Source: Myxococcota bacterium (GTDB taxonomy: Bacteria; Myxococcota_A; UBA796; CAJQPC01). Taken from it: a stretch of DNA of 64,000 bases. The position numbers were made by a program, and so were the translations under genes. The stretch lies in NCBI GenBank assembly GCA_036012755.1, contig DASCPX010000193.1:32001-96000 (forward strand), given 5' to 3'. Below, piece by piece: positions 36,575-47,997 of this stretch. The notes beneath the pieces are model-generated. The model searched no databases, was not told where the DNA came from, and saw nothing but the letters and a program-made list of their open reading frames with translations. How positions within the stretch are numbered: position 1 is the first letter of the stretch; every line of letters starts with the position of its first letter.

Positions 36575-37486
36575 ATGGGGCTCCTCAGACGAGATGGAGA
36601 CGAGCAGACCCTGCCAGCCCGATGCGTCCTGGGCCGGTCGGCCAACGCCTCGATCCGCCTCGACGACCCGCGGGTCAGCAGCGAGCACGCACGCATCACC
36701 TGGACCGGTCGCACCTGGGAGATCCGAGACCTCGGCAGCACAAACGGCACATGGGTCGACGGCAAGCGCCTGGAAGCCGGGGGCCAGGCCAGCCTCTACC
36801 AGGGCGTCACCCTTGGCTTCGCCGATCCCACTTGCCCCTGGCAGCTGGCGGACGCGACCGGTCCCCTCGCCTGCGCGCGGAACCTCGTCGAGGGCACCCT
36901 CCACAGCGCCGAGGACGGGCTCCTGGGCCTCCCGCCGGGTAACGAGCCACGCCTCGTGGTCTACGAAGACACCGACGGACGCTGGGTCGGCGAGCACGAC
37001 GGCGAGCCGGGATTCGTCGAGGACGGCAGCATCGTCGTGGTGGCGGGCAGCAGCTGGTGCCTCCACCTGCCCACCGCGAACGACCTCACGATCGACTTCT
37101 CGAACGCCCCGCTGCGCCTCGATCAGCTCCAGCTCAGCTTCGCCGTGAGCTCGGACGAAGAGGACGTCCGCATGAGCGTCGTGCACGCCCGCGGCCGCGA
37201 AGCCCTCAAGTCACGGGTCCACCACTACCTCCTGCTGGTGCTCGCCCGACACCGCATCGAGGACGCCAAGGACGGCGTGGAGACCGGTGAACAGGGCTGG
37301 GTCTACGGCGACGATCTCTCGCGCATGCTGCGGATCGAGGAGGAGCGCCTGAACGTCCAGATCTTCCGGGCACGAAAGGAGCTCGGTGAGCTCGGCGTGG
37401 CCGGCGCCGCGGGACTCATCGAGCGGCGGAAGGGCAGCAGGAAGCTGCGCATCGGTGTGCGGGAGCTCTCGGTCGAGAGCATGTAG
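36575..37486 (+). CDS. FHA domain protein with probable C-terminal winged-helix DNA-binding domain
   Basis: LGRS, VSSEHARI, DLGSTNGTWVDG; C-terminal LNVQIFRARKEL..IERR.G..LRI; start 36575 or 36566. Confidence 0.85.
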   Translation: MGLLRRDGDEQTLPARCVLGRSANASIRLDDPRVSSEHARITWTGRTWEIRDLGSTNGTWVDGKRLEAGGQASLYQGVTLGFADPTCPWQLADATGPLACARNLVEGTLHSAEDGLLGLPPGNEPRLVVYEDTDGRWVGEHDGEPGFVEDGSIVVVAGSSWCLHLPTANDLTIDFSNAPLRLDQLQLSFAVSSDEEDVRMSVVHARGREALKSRVHHYLLLVLARHRIEDAKDGVETGEQGWVYGDDLSRMLRIEEERLNVQIFRARKELGELGVAGAAGLIERRKGSRKLRIGVRELSVESM

Positions 37487-39379
37487 TCACTCGGTGACGC
37501 AGCTCTTGTTCCCGGAGCTGCAGCGAAGGTGCAGCGTCTCCCCGGTCTTCACCTCGACGGAGGGTCCGGGCACGGTGTAGCCACCCGGGAAGCTGGGGAA
37601 GAGCTGGTAGGTGCCTGCTGGCAGATCCGCGCCGCCGGAGACCCGCGTCGATCCGCCCGGCCCCCTGAGCGTGACGAACTCCGCGTCGCCGTGGATCTCG
37701 ATGCGCCCGAGGGTCGCCGGGGCCTCCTCCGGGGAGGTCTCGACCGACTCCTGGGGAGGCCGGGAGACCGCTCCACCGGTGCCAGGGCGCTCCTCGGCCG
37801 GCCGTGCCTCGATGTCCTCGATGACATCCTGGACGGAGTCCGAGGGGTTCCCGTCCGGAGGCAGGGCTACCGGGATCTCCTCCACGATGTCGCCCTCTTC
37901 CACCTCTCCGAACTCGACCTCGGGGGTGCGCGGCTCGTCCTCGCCGACCTGCTCCATCACCTCCTGGAGGGTCGGCCGGACCTCCGGCTCCGCCTTCTCC
38001 TGACCCCACCAGGCGACCAGGCCAATCCCCACCAAGAGCGTCATCACGACCACGCCGATCCCGAGGAGCATCATCGGGGCTCGACTCGGCGTCTCCGCCT
38101 GCTCGACCATCGGGCGAGGGGCGGTGGCGAGCTCGCTCGGTCGCTCCGCGCTGGGTTCCTCGAGCGGCTCCACGCCAGCTTCCTCGGGCGGCCCCACGCC
38201 AGGTTCATCGGGCGACTCCTCGGCGGTCTCCGCCGCAGGCTCCTCGTCGAGATCCTCTTCGAGCTCTTCGACGACCTCTTCAGCGGTCGGCTTCGGGCGC
38301 TCGTCAGTAGGCAGCGGCGCCATCTCGGGGATGGTCAGCTCTGGTTCGGAGGTGACAGGCAGGAGCCCGTGCTCATCGACGAAGTCATCCACCGGACCGG
38401 CCATCGACTCCGCCGAGAGGTTCTCGGTCAGGACCCGACCGCACATGCTGTCGGCCTCGACCTCCCTGCCCGCGCGGACGAGCTCGCCGACCACCTTCTC
38501 TGCCCAGTCGGCCAGCGTAGGCCCGGACGCCCGGTGGCGGAGGGCCTCTATGCGGGTGGCGAGATCACGCGGCGCCGGCCGGTCCTCGCCTTCGTAGGCC
38601 AGGGCCTCGCCGAGGATCGGCAGGATGTCCTCGCGCATGTCGGGGGCGACAGACTCCCAGGCATCGTGCAGGCCATCACGGAGCTTGACGCGATGCTGGC
38701 GGCGGCTGGGGCGCGTGCGCCCGAAGCGCTTGCCCACGAAGAGCTCGTACAGGACGCAGCCAAGGGCGTAGACGTCGCCCGCCGGGGTGTCCTCGAAGCC
38801 ATAGCGCTCTGGGGCGAGGTAGGGCAGCGAGCCCATCACGTAGGCCTGCTGGGTCTCGGCCTCGCGGCTCTCGACGTTCGCTCGAGCGACACCGAAGTCC
38901 AGGAGCTTCACGGCCCCACCCTCGGTCAGCAGGATGTTGGCGGGCTTCACGTCCCGGTGGACGAGGGCCAGCTTGGAGCCGTCGGGGCCGGTGGCCTTCG
39001 ACACCGCGTGCAAGGTGCGGGCGACGCCGGAGACGATGTCCAGCGAGACGCTGGCTGGCGGCGGGCCAACCGAGCGCACGATGCGCGAGCAGTCGACGCC
39101 ACGGACCAGCTCCATGACCATGGTCCAGCGGCCGTCGAGCTGGAGCAGGTCGTCGACGCGCACGATGCCGAAGTGGTTGAGGTTCGACAGGATCCGCGCC
39201 TCGTCACGCAAGCGCTTCGCTGCGTCCTCGTTCGACGCCGCGTTCTCGTTCAGGACCTTCAGCGCGACTTCGCGCCTCAAGCCCGTGACCGTGAGCACCT
39301 CGGCCCGGTAGACGGTGCCGAAGCCACCGGATCCCAGCACCTCGAGGATGCGGTAGCGTCGGCCCTGTGCGGGTTGCAT
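37487..39379 (-). CDS. Hanks-type Ser/Thr protein kinase with TM helix and small external beta domain
   Basis: LGSGGFGTVY, VALKVL, VHRDVKPANI, DFG, YLAPE, DVYALG; TM MLLGIGVVVMTLLVGIGLVAWW. Confidence 0.95.
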   Translation of the reverse strand: MQPAQGRRYRILEVLGSGGFGTVYRAEVLTVTGLRREVALKVLNENAASNEDAAKRLRDEARILSNLNHFGIVRVDDLLQLDGRWTMVMELVRGVDCSRIVRSVGPPPASVSLDIVSGVARTLHAVSKATGPDGSKLALVHRDVKPANILLTEGGAVKLLDFGVARANVESREAETQQAYVMGSLPYLAPERYGFEDTPAGDVYALGCVLYELFVGKRFGRTRPSRRQHRVKLRDGLHDAWESVAPDMREDILPILGEALAYEGEDRPAPRDLATRIEALRHRASGPTLADWAEKVVGELVRAGREVEADSMCGRVLTENLSAESMAGPVDDFVDEHGLLPVTSEPELTIPEMAPLPTDERPKPTAEEVVEELEEDLDEEPAAETAEESPDEPGVGPPEEAGVEPLEEPSAERPSELATAPRPMVEQAETPSRAPMMLLGIGVVVMTLLVGIGLVAWWGQEKAEPEVRPTLQEVMEQVGEDEPRTPEVEFGEVEEGDIVEEIPVALPPDGNPSDSVQDVIEDIEARPAEERPGTGGAVSRPPQESVETSPEEAPATLGRIEIHGDAEFVTLRGPGGSTRVSGGADLPAGTYQLFPSFPGGYTVPGPSVEVKTGETLHLRCSSGNKSCVTE

Positions 39380-39414
39380 CCCGCGGAGGATATCCCAAAA
39401 ACAGGAGCCCCCGA

Positions 39415-40803
39415 GTGCGCCCTCGTCATGCCCTTGCCCTGCTGCTCGTGAGCGCTGTCGCGCTGGCCGAGGAGCGAGTCCCGCTGCAGGATCGCTACAC
39501 AGCAGAGGTCGAGCGCATCAGGGAAGCCGCGTCCCAGAGCGACGTCGCCTACAGACGCCTGCAGACACTCTGCGATGACATCGGCCACCGCATCAGCGGG
39601 AGCGACGAGCTGGAGCGCGCCATCGACTGGGCTCACGGGCTGATGCGCGAGGACGGGCTCTCGGTCCACACCGAGCCGGTCCAGGTGCCGAAGTGGGTAC
39701 GCGGCGAGGAGTCAGCGCGCGTGGTCGTGCCCTACCAGCGCGACCTCCAGGTGCTGGGCCTCGGCATGACCGTGGCCGGAGAGCTGCGCGCCGAGGTGGT
39801 CGCGGTGAGCTCCTGGGAGGAGCTCGAGGCCCTCGACGACAGCGCGATCGAGGGGCGGATCGTGCTCTACGACGTGCCGTTCACGACCTACGGTGAGACC
39901 GTGCAGTACCGGGGTAAGGGACCGGTGGAGGCCGCGAAGCGAGGGGCCGTGGCCGTGCTCATCCGCTCTGTGACCTCCCAGAGCCTCCAGACCCCGCACA
40001 CCGGGGGGACCGGCTACGAAGACGACGTCCCGAAGATCCCGGCAGCGGCGCTGACCATCGAGGACGCCACCTGGATCCACCGCCTGCTCGACCAGGGCTC
40101 CACCGTCGAGGTCGAGCTGACCCTCTCCGGCGAGCACCACGGCATGGTGGAGAGCAGGAACCTCATCGGCGAGCTCCCCGGCACCGAGCTGCCTGACGAG
40201 GTCGTCGTCGTGGGCTGCCACATCGACTCCTGGGACGTCGGGCAAGGGGCCCAGGACGATGGCGCTGGCTGCCTCATCGCCTGGGAGTCCGTGCGACTCC
40301 TGAGGGAGCTCGACATGGTGCCGCGACGCAGCGTGCGCGTCGTGCTCTTCACGAACGAGGAGAACGGGCTCGGCGGGGGCCGCAACTACGCAGAGGTCCA
40401 CGCCGACGAGCTCGTCGATCACCAGGCGCTCTTGGAGTCCGACACCGGAAACGGCCTGGCCGGGGGCTTCAGGCTCGACACCAGCGGGCTGTCGGAGGCC
40501 AACGCCCTGCGCACACAGGGCCTCGTGGCCGAGCTCGGCGAGCTGCTCGACGGCCACATCACCCTGGGGCATGCCGGGGCCGACATCGGTCCCTCGGCCC
40601 GGGGTGGGGTCCCCGGGCTTGGGCTGGCCCACGATGCCAGCACCTACTGGCCCATCCACCACACCCACGCCGACACCTTCGACAAGATCGTGGAGGAGGA
40701 TCTGCAAGCCAACATCGGGATGATGGCAGCGGCCGTGTGGGTCCTCGCAGAGATGGAGGAGCGCCTGGTGCTACCCGAGGACAAGAGGCGGTCACGGCGA
40801 TGA
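39415..40803 (+). CDS. M28 family peptidase (carboxypeptidase Q-like, PA domain)
   Basis: AGGAG RBS; D.IGHRISGS, W.RG.E, HIDSWDVGQGAQDDG, NEENG, ESD.G, HHT.ADT.DK. Confidence 0.9.
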   Translation: MRPRHALALLLVSAVALAEERVPLQDRYTAEVERIREAASQSDVAYRRLQTLCDDIGHRISGSDELERAIDWAHGLMREDGLSVHTEPVQVPKWVRGEESARVVVPYQRDLQVLGLGMTVAGELRAEVVAVSSWEELEALDDSAIEGRIVLYDVPFTTYGETVQYRGKGPVEAAKRGAVAVLIRSVTSQSLQTPHTGGTGYEDDVPKIPAAALTIEDATWIHRLLDQGSTVEVELTLSGEHHGMVESRNLIGELPGTELPDEVVVVGCHIDSWDVGQGAQDDGAGCLIAWESVRLLRELDMVPRRSVRVVLFTNEENGLGGGRNYAEVHADELVDHQALLESDTGNGLAGGFRLDTSGLSEANALRTQGLVAELGELLDGHITLGHAGADIGPSARGGVPGLGLAHDASTYWPIHHTHADTFDKIVEEDLQANIGMMAAAVWVLAEMEERLVLPEDKRRSRR

Positions 40804-41345
40804 TCTGGCTCCTGCTGGGCGCTTGGACCCCAAAGGTCGAGCAGGGGCCGGTCGACCTGGAGGCCGTCGAGGAGTGGTCCACGCTCATCCGTCACTGTCC
40901 GAGCGGCACCTCACAGTGGGTTGCGCGCTACCAGGACGGCCGGCTCGAGAAGCTGGGCATGGTCGGTACGGGCGAGGTCGACCGCGCCTTGGAGAGCTGC
41001 CTGGAGGCGGGTCTCCGACAGCGCGCCGTCGAGGGTGACGTGCTCGTGCGCATCCGGTGGACCGACGACACGCGCGAGGCATGGGAGCGCCAGAGCCTCG
41101 CAATCCTCGACCAGATCGTCGGCCCGCGCGAGGTCCACAGCTGCGCCACGCTGCGCTTCCCAATCGGGGCCGAGGGCGTCCTCGGCGCCCCCACGCTGCA
41201 CTCGTCCTCGTCGGACGAGGCCCTCGACCGCCTCGCGCTTGACTCGGTGGCTGCCTTCGACGACGGTATGCCGCCCGTGCCGGAGTCACTCCGCGCGGTC
41301 TACGGTGACCACGTCGACCTCTGCGTCGGCGGCATCCCCAAGTGA
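40800..41345 (+). CDS. Hypothetical exported protein, possibly TonB-C/AgmX-like domains
   Basis: ATGA overlap; IRHC...LESCL; F.I..EG.L...SSSDEALDRLAL..V....PPVP. Confidence 0.55.
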   Translation: MIWLLLGAWTPKVEQGPVDLEAVEEWSTLIRHCPSGTSQWVARYQDGRLEKLGMVGTGEVDRALESCLEAGLRQRAVEGDVLVRIRWTDDTREAWERQSLAILDQIVGPREVHSCATLRFPIGAEGVLGAPTLHSSSSDEALDRLALDSVAAFDDGMPPVPESLRAVYGDHVDLCVGGIPK

Positions 41346-41348
41346 AGA

Positions 41349-42233
41349 GTGGTCCTCCTCGCGCGCTTTCCGAGCCCTGAAGCCGGCCTGTCCTTCGACG
41401 CCGACGACCTCCTCGAGTCCCTCGCCGAGCTCGATCCGGGTCAACCCCTGGTCATCTGGGTCCCGGGGAACTCCCCTGACGACGACGCCGTACGCGCCCA
41501 GGCCGAGCGCCTGGCAGACCGCCTCGAGGTGGGGGTCGTCGCGTTCTCGTGGGCTGGGGGCTCCGGCTCGGCCGCCGGCAGCATCGACAAGGGAATGCGA
41601 CCTCGCAACGCGGGCTACGGGCTCCTCGAGCTCCTGGCCACGCTGCTCCACACCGACGGGCTCAGGAGCATGTGGGCCGGACGCGCCGTCGCGCTGATCG
41701 TGCACGGGCGGGCCGCGAAGGTCCTCAAGGCCGCGGTGGTGGAGCGGCCCGACCTGATCGGAGAGATGTGCACCAGCGTGGTCATGGCCGCCGCCGACAT
41801 CTCCTACGAGCTGCAGATCGACTGGCTCGCAAGGCTCACCCCCCGCCAGACGCCCGACGCCGTCAGTGTCCTCTGGCACGACGGTGACGCGGCCCTCGAC
41901 AACCTCCTCGATGGCCGCCTCCTCTACGCCGCGCGCGAGGTGCGGGTGCCCCAGGACCTCCTCGAGACCCAGGTCGGGGTCTTCGGGGACTCCGATCCCT
42001 TCCACGCCGTGCCCGAGTTCGAGTACATCGACGTCTCGCCCTGGGTGACGCCCCAAGAGGCACAGCCCTGGCCAGAAGACGCCATCCACCTCAGCGACGA
42101 GGACCTCCAGGCGGTCGACGAGCGTCGCGCAACCGCGGTCGACGAGCCCTGCCACACCTACGCGTGGACCTGTGATCACCCGGACTTCAGCGAGCTCCTG
42201 TCTCGCCTGATCACCAAGGGAGGCACCTGGTGA
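41349..42233 (+). CDS. Degenerate DUF900-like alpha/beta hydrolase fold protein
   Basis: VIWVPGN, VAFSW, LIVHGRA, VVMAAADI, GD.AL pattern. Confidence 0.55.
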   Translation: MVLLARFPSPEAGLSFDADDLLESLAELDPGQPLVIWVPGNSPDDDAVRAQAERLADRLEVGVVAFSWAGGSGSAAGSIDKGMRPRNAGYGLLELLATLLHTDGLRSMWAGRAVALIVHGRAAKVLKAAVVERPDLIGEMCTSVVMAAADISYELQIDWLARLTPRQTPDAVSVLWHDGDAALDNLLDGRLLYAAREVRVPQDLLETQVGVFGDSDPFHAVPEFEYIDVSPWVTPQEAQPWPEDAIHLSDEDLQAVDERRATAVDEPCHTYAWTCDHPDFSELLSRLITKGGTW

Positions 42234-43078
42234 GCTTCACCCCCGACACCCTCGCCGGAGAGCGCATCCTCGTCACGGGCGGCGGGACCGGGTTGGGCCA
42301 GGCGATGGCGATCGGCTTCGCCGCCTCCGGCGCAGAGGTCGCCGTGCTGGGACGCCGACAGCGGCCTCTAGAGGAGACCGTCGAGGCCATCCGGTCCGCT
42401 GGCGGGACGGCTGACTATGCCCATGGGGTCGACGTCCGCGATGCGGCCGCCCTGGACGAGGCGGTCGGTGACCTCGAAGAGCGCCTGGGCCCGCTGAGCG
42501 GGCTGGTCAACAACGCCGCCGGCAACTTCCTCGCCTGCACAGAGGACATCAGCCCCAACGGCTTCGACGCGGTCGTCCGCATCGTGCTCCACGGCTCCTT
42601 CCACGCCACGCAGGCCTGCGGACGCAGGTGGATCGAGCGCAAGCAGGCGGGCACGGTGCTCAGCATCGTCACCACCTACGCCTGGACCGGCTCGGCCTTC
42701 GTCGTCCCCTCGGCCTGCGCCAAGGCGGGGGTGCTCGCCATGACTCGCAGCCTGGCGGTGGAGTGGGCCACCTATGGCATCCGGCTCAACGCCATCGCGC
42801 CAGGTCCCTTCCCGACCGAGGGGGCCTTCAGCAAGCTCATGCCACCCGGAATGGACGAAGAGGCCCGCAACGCCGTGCCCCTGAAGCGCTTCGGCGAGCC
42901 TGGCGAGCTCAGCGATCTCGCCACCTACCTCATGAGCTCCATGTCGGCCTACGTGACCGGAGAGGTGGTCACGATCGACGGCGGCGAGTGGCTGCAGAAC
43001 GGCCAGGAGTTCGGACGCTTCGCCCACTACCCGCGCGAGAACGTCAAGGCGCTCCTCGGTCGGATCAGGAAGAGCTAG
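42230..43078 (+). CDS. SDR oxidoreductase, 2,4-dienoyl-CoA reductase-like
   Basis: TGGGTGLG, NNAAGNF, SPNGF, TGSAFVVPSACAKAGV, AIAPGPFPT. Confidence 0.9.
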   Translation: MSFTPDTLAGERILVTGGGTGLGQAMAIGFAASGAEVAVLGRRQRPLEETVEAIRSAGGTADYAHGVDVRDAAALDEAVGDLEERLGPLSGLVNNAAGNFLACTEDISPNGFDAVVRIVLHGSFHATQACGRRWIERKQAGTVLSIVTTYAWTGSAFVVPSACAKAGVLAMTRSLAVEWATYGIRLNAIAPGPFPTEGAFSKLMPPGMDEEARNAVPLKRFGEPGELSDLATYLMSSMSAYVTGEVVTIDGGEWLQNGQEFGRFAHYPRENVKALLGRIRKS

Positions 43079-43646
43079 ACTCGCACTCGGGCGCCTGGGC
43101 GCTCGCCACGTCCGTCGGATCCGGAAGCACCTTGACCTCTGCCTCCGTGCAGAAGTCGCGCCCGCCCGTGTCGGTGACGCACATCTCGACGTGCACCTCG
43201 CGGCAGGACAGGGCCCAGCCCGTTGTCAGCTCTGGATCGAGGCTGCGGGTGTCCAGGTAGAGGTACATGTTCGGGAAGGCGCCCTCGCAGGCGGACTCGC
43301 CCACGATCTGCACGTGGTAGTTGAGCTCTTGTGTCACGGCGACGCCCGTCTCCACGTCCGTGACCTGCGCCCAGATGCGGATGACGTTGCGGGTGTTGCC
43401 CACGCGCAGCGCAGCCGGGAGGTGCCAGCCTCCCTGGGGTCCGTGGACCATCTCGAGGCCCGCGGGATCGAGGTCCTCGAAGCCCTCGATCCCAGTGCCG
43501 ATGCTGGCCCAGGGGTCCTCGCACTTGCAGATGTCGTCGATGGCGCCGATCTGGGTACCGGTGTCCTCTGCGATCTCGCAGGTCGTAACGACCGGGCCGC
43601 TGTCGTCAGGTTCCGATGGGCATGCGACGAGCGCCAACAACAACAT
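43065..43646 (-). CDS. Hypothetical Cys-containing lipoprotein
   Basis: MLLLALVAC; IGTG..GFE.L, MVHGPQGGWHL. Confidence 0.75.
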   Translation of the reverse strand: MLLLALVACPSEPDDSGPVVTTCEIAEDTGTQIGAIDDICKCEDPWASIGTGIEGFEDLDPAGLEMVHGPQGGWHLPAALRVGNTRNVIRIWAQVTDVETGVAVTQELNYHVQIVGESACEGAFPNMYLYLDTRSLDPELTTGWALSCREVHVEMCVTDTGGRDFCTEAEVKVLPDPTDVASAQAPECESSSS

Positions 43647-43708
43647 CGTTTTCGACCTTTGGCTGGCCCTGCGCCCCCAGCATAGACCAGGGGCGGACGG
43701 GTCGGACG

Positions 43709-44236
43709 CTACTCGCTCGCGCTGAAGCTGCCCGTGCCCGCGATGACGTACCCGCTCTCCGAGTAGGAGACCTCGAAGCCCCCCTCCACAGTCGTGGCCG
43801 TGTAGGTCCCATGCCATGGGACCGTACCCATGGCGCCGCTGTCGGAGATGTCACCCGAGATCTCGGTGGCGCTGGTGGTCGCGCCGGTGAGCGTGCCGGT
43901 CTGTGTCCCGAAGGCCCCGAGCATGCCAGCGAAGTCGCAGGACCACTCCCCCGCGACGTCGGAGGCTCCGATCCAGCCGACCGTGACGTACCCGGAGCAG
44001 GTGTCCGAGGCGTGGGAGTTGGCCTCCTCGACGACGAGGGAGATCTCGCCGGTCATGTCCGCGTCCGCGTCACCGTCCGCATCGGCGTCCGTGTCCGTGT
44101 CCGCGTCCGCGTCCGCGTCTGTGTCCGTGTCCGTGTCCGTGTCAGCGTCGGTGTCAGCGTCTGACTCGACGGAGCTGTCGTCGGTGGCAGGGTCCTTGTC
44201 GCAGCCCGATCCCAAGGAAAGAAGCAGGGTAATCAT
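43709..44236 (-). CDS. Small lipoprotein with Asp-X linker
   Basis: GAGGAG RBS; MITLLLSLGSGC; (DA/DT)n then beta-rich domain. Confidence 0.8.
   Translation of the reverse strand: MITLLLSLGSGCDKDPATDDSSVESDADTDADTDTDTDTDADADADTDTDADADGDADADMTGEISLVVEEANSHASDTCSGYVTVGWIGASDVAGEWSCDFAGMLGAFGTQTGTLTGATTSATEISGDISDSGAMGTVPWHGTYTATTVEGGFEVSYSESGYVIAGTGSFSASE
44057..44161 (-). repeat. Degenerate 6-bp coding repeat (Asp-Ala/Thr)
   Basis: GTCCG(C/T) hexamers on the plus strand. Confidence 0.85.
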
Positions 44237-44378
44237 CGTGTCTCCTCACGTTGGAAGGGCGGGAACGTAGCACGCCGAGGCAGGGGTCTCGGGACCTGTT
44301 GGCACGGATCTTCCAAGCCTCCAATCTGGCGATCGGGAGGTCCCACGGGCAATTAGGCGCACCACCACGGAGGCTTCG

Positions 44379-45872
<1,494 letters not shown>

Positions 45873-45881
45873 CATCCATCT

Positions 45882-46859
45882 GTGAGCTACGGCGAACTCG
45901 AACAGGTCATCAGGGGTTGTCGCGCCCGCGGTGACCTCCTCGGAGAGGCAGAGGCCCGAGCGGAGAAGGCCCAGCTCCACAGCAAGGCGGAGCAGTGGGT
46001 CGAGGGCGCCCAGGAGATGCACTGGGCTGCTCGCCTGGCCATGGACGCCGGCTCGATGGCCCTCCACGGCCAGTACCTCTACGGCAAGGGCACCCTGCTC
46101 GCAGAGGCCGGCCCATCGCTTCGTGGCGAGGCTCTCTCGGCCCTTCGCAAGGCGGCCGCGGCTGCGCAAGTGGGAGGCAACATGGGCGTCGCCCACCAGG
46201 CCCTGCGGCTCCAGATGGAGCTCCACGCAGAGGTCCACAGGTGGGATGCAGCGGCGATGATCGCACAGCAGCTCGTCAAGAGCCTCGAGGGCCTCGGACC
46301 CAGCCTGGAGCTCATCGATCTGCTGCGCACGCAGGCCCTCATGCTGCTGCGCTGCGGTGGCGACGGCCCAAAGCGGGCGCTCCGCGTCCTCGCCCGCTCA
46401 GAGGCCCTCGCCTCCAGCATGGGCCAGTCCGGACGCGCGCTCCAGGCCCGCCTCGACGCCCACCTCCTGGCGGCCAGCATGGCTCTGGACGTGCCCTCTG
46501 TCGGCGAGCTCGTCAACAACACCGACGGCCCCCTGCTCGCTGCCGCCAGCGCGGCGTTGTTCGGCGAGGACCACTCCGGCGCCGTCGAAGCCGCAGAGCG
46601 TGCCCGCGCAGAGGCCCTGGACCATGGCAACGCCCCTCGCTATCTCGCCGCCTGCCTGCTGTTGGCCGAAGCCCACGAGGAGCTCGGGGAGCGCGAGGCC
46701 GTCCTCGACGTGCTGCTCACCTGCAGGGCGACCTTGACGGAGGAGCGAGGCGCCGACGCCGCCGTCCCCGCCATCGACGCCCTGGACGCGCTGAGGAAGC
46801 GCTGGGGCGAAGAGGCGGTTCGCGAGGCCCTGGACGCCTACGGCGCAGCCGGGGGCTGA
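45882..46859 (+). CDS. Hypothetical alpha-helical (TPR-like) protein
   Basis: Ala/Leu-rich helical repeats; GTG preceded by TAGCAT. Confidence 0.65.
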   Translation: MSYGELEQVIRGCRARGDLLGEAEARAEKAQLHSKAEQWVEGAQEMHWAARLAMDAGSMALHGQYLYGKGTLLAEAGPSLRGEALSALRKAAAAAQVGGNMGVAHQALRLQMELHAEVHRWDAAAMIAQQLVKSLEGLGPSLELIDLLRTQALMLLRCGGDGPKRALRVLARSEALASSMGQSGRALQARLDAHLLAASMALDVPSVGELVNNTDGPLLAAASAALFGEDHSGAVEAAERARAEALDHGNAPRYLAACLLLAEAHEELGEREAVLDVLLTCRATLTEERGADAAVPAIDALDALRKRWGEEAVREALDAYGAAGG

Positions 46860-46863
46860 GGCA

Positions 46864-47997
46864 TCAGGCCGCTGCGGCCGCGCCCTTGGCCCTTCGCACG
46901 AGCATGATCACCCCCGCGAAGGCGCCGAGGCTCGCGATGAGCAGCAGGACGCCGACGAGCGGGCGAGCCACGATCCAGCTGACGGCGATCGTGAAGAGGC
47001 TCAAGAAGGCCGCGAGCAGGAAGGCGAAGAGCCCGACTCCTCCGCTGATCGCGGGCCCGAAGAAGGGCACGCGGTCGGCGATGACCTTGACCGGACCGAA
47101 GAGGAGCCCCAGCCCCACGAACATCATCAGGAAGCCGACGAAGCGGAGGATCCACGTCAGCAACACGTTGTCGTCGTGTGCCGCCTGGAACATCGCCTCC
47201 GCCGACATCACGCCGGACCTGACCAGGAGCAGCTTGTCGCCCGCCTCGGTCTGGTAGGCCTCCATCGTCGAGCTGGTCTGGCGCCCCACGAGTGAGACCG
47301 GGCCCTCGGGCACCGCCTCGTACTCGATGCGCGTATCGCCGATGGTCGGAGTGGCGGGATCGGGGCCGATGTAGAGCATGCCGTTGTGGGCCTTGCCCCC
47401 TCCGGCCGCGGCCATGTCGTCGGAGACCGCGACGCCCTCCCAGTTGCTCAGCTTCAGGATCTGGTCGGCGGACATCTGCCAGGCGCCGACGGTGGCCCGG
47501 GACACCGCCCAGGACTCGGTGGTGAAGGGCATCGAGGCCGGGTTCACGTGGCCGTTCTGCTCCTCGAAGTCCGTGTAGTCGACGAGGTTCGGGGACCAGC
47601 CCTTCTCGTAATAGAAGGTCGTGTACTCCTTGCCGTCCTTGGTCTTCTTCTCCTCGCGCTCCAGCCACTGGTACATCTCGACGGAGCGCTCGAGCCGAAG
47701 GCCCTTGGCCTCGACCGCGAGCACCGGATCCTTCAGGGTCTCGACGGTCTTGGCCTCTCCCGAGATGTGGACCAGCTTGCCCTGGTTGCCAGGATCGACC
47801 GAGGCGGAGTCGACCTCGACGACGAGCCCGGAGCCCTCGTCGAGGGACTTGGCTGTCTGGACGCTGCGACACTCGTTGAACAACAGCAGCGGGAACGCCA
47901 GGAAGAACAGCGCCAAGCCCGCGAGGACCTTCTTGATGGACTCGCCGAGGGTGGAGAAGAAGCCCTTCTCGGTGACTTTAGTAATCTTGTCAACCAC
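46864..47997 (-). CDS. TMEM43 family (DUF1625-like) membrane protein
   Basis: TM-LLFNE.R.V, GKLVHISG, LERSVEMYQW.E, P.IGD.RI.Y, A...N..LTWILR..G, C-terminal TMs. Confidence 0.85.
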   Translation of the reverse strand: MVDKITKVTEKGFFSTLGESIKKVLAGLALFFLAFPLLLFNECRSVQTAKSLDEGSGLVVEVDSASVDPGNQGKLVHISGEAKTVETLKDPVLAVEAKGLRLERSVEMYQWLEREEKKTKDGKEYTTFYYEKGWSPNLVDYTDFEEQNGHVNPASMPFTTESWAVSRATVGAWQMSADQILKLSNWEGVAVSDDMAAAGGGKAHNGMLYIGPDPATPTIGDTRIEYEAVPEGPVSLVGRQTSSTMEAYQTEAGDKLLLVRSGVMSAEAMFQAAHDDNVLLTWILRFVGFLMMFVGLGLLFGPVKVIADRVPFFGPAISGGVGLFAFLLAAFLSLFTIAVSWIVARPLVGVLLLIASLGAFAGVIMLVRRAKGAAAAA

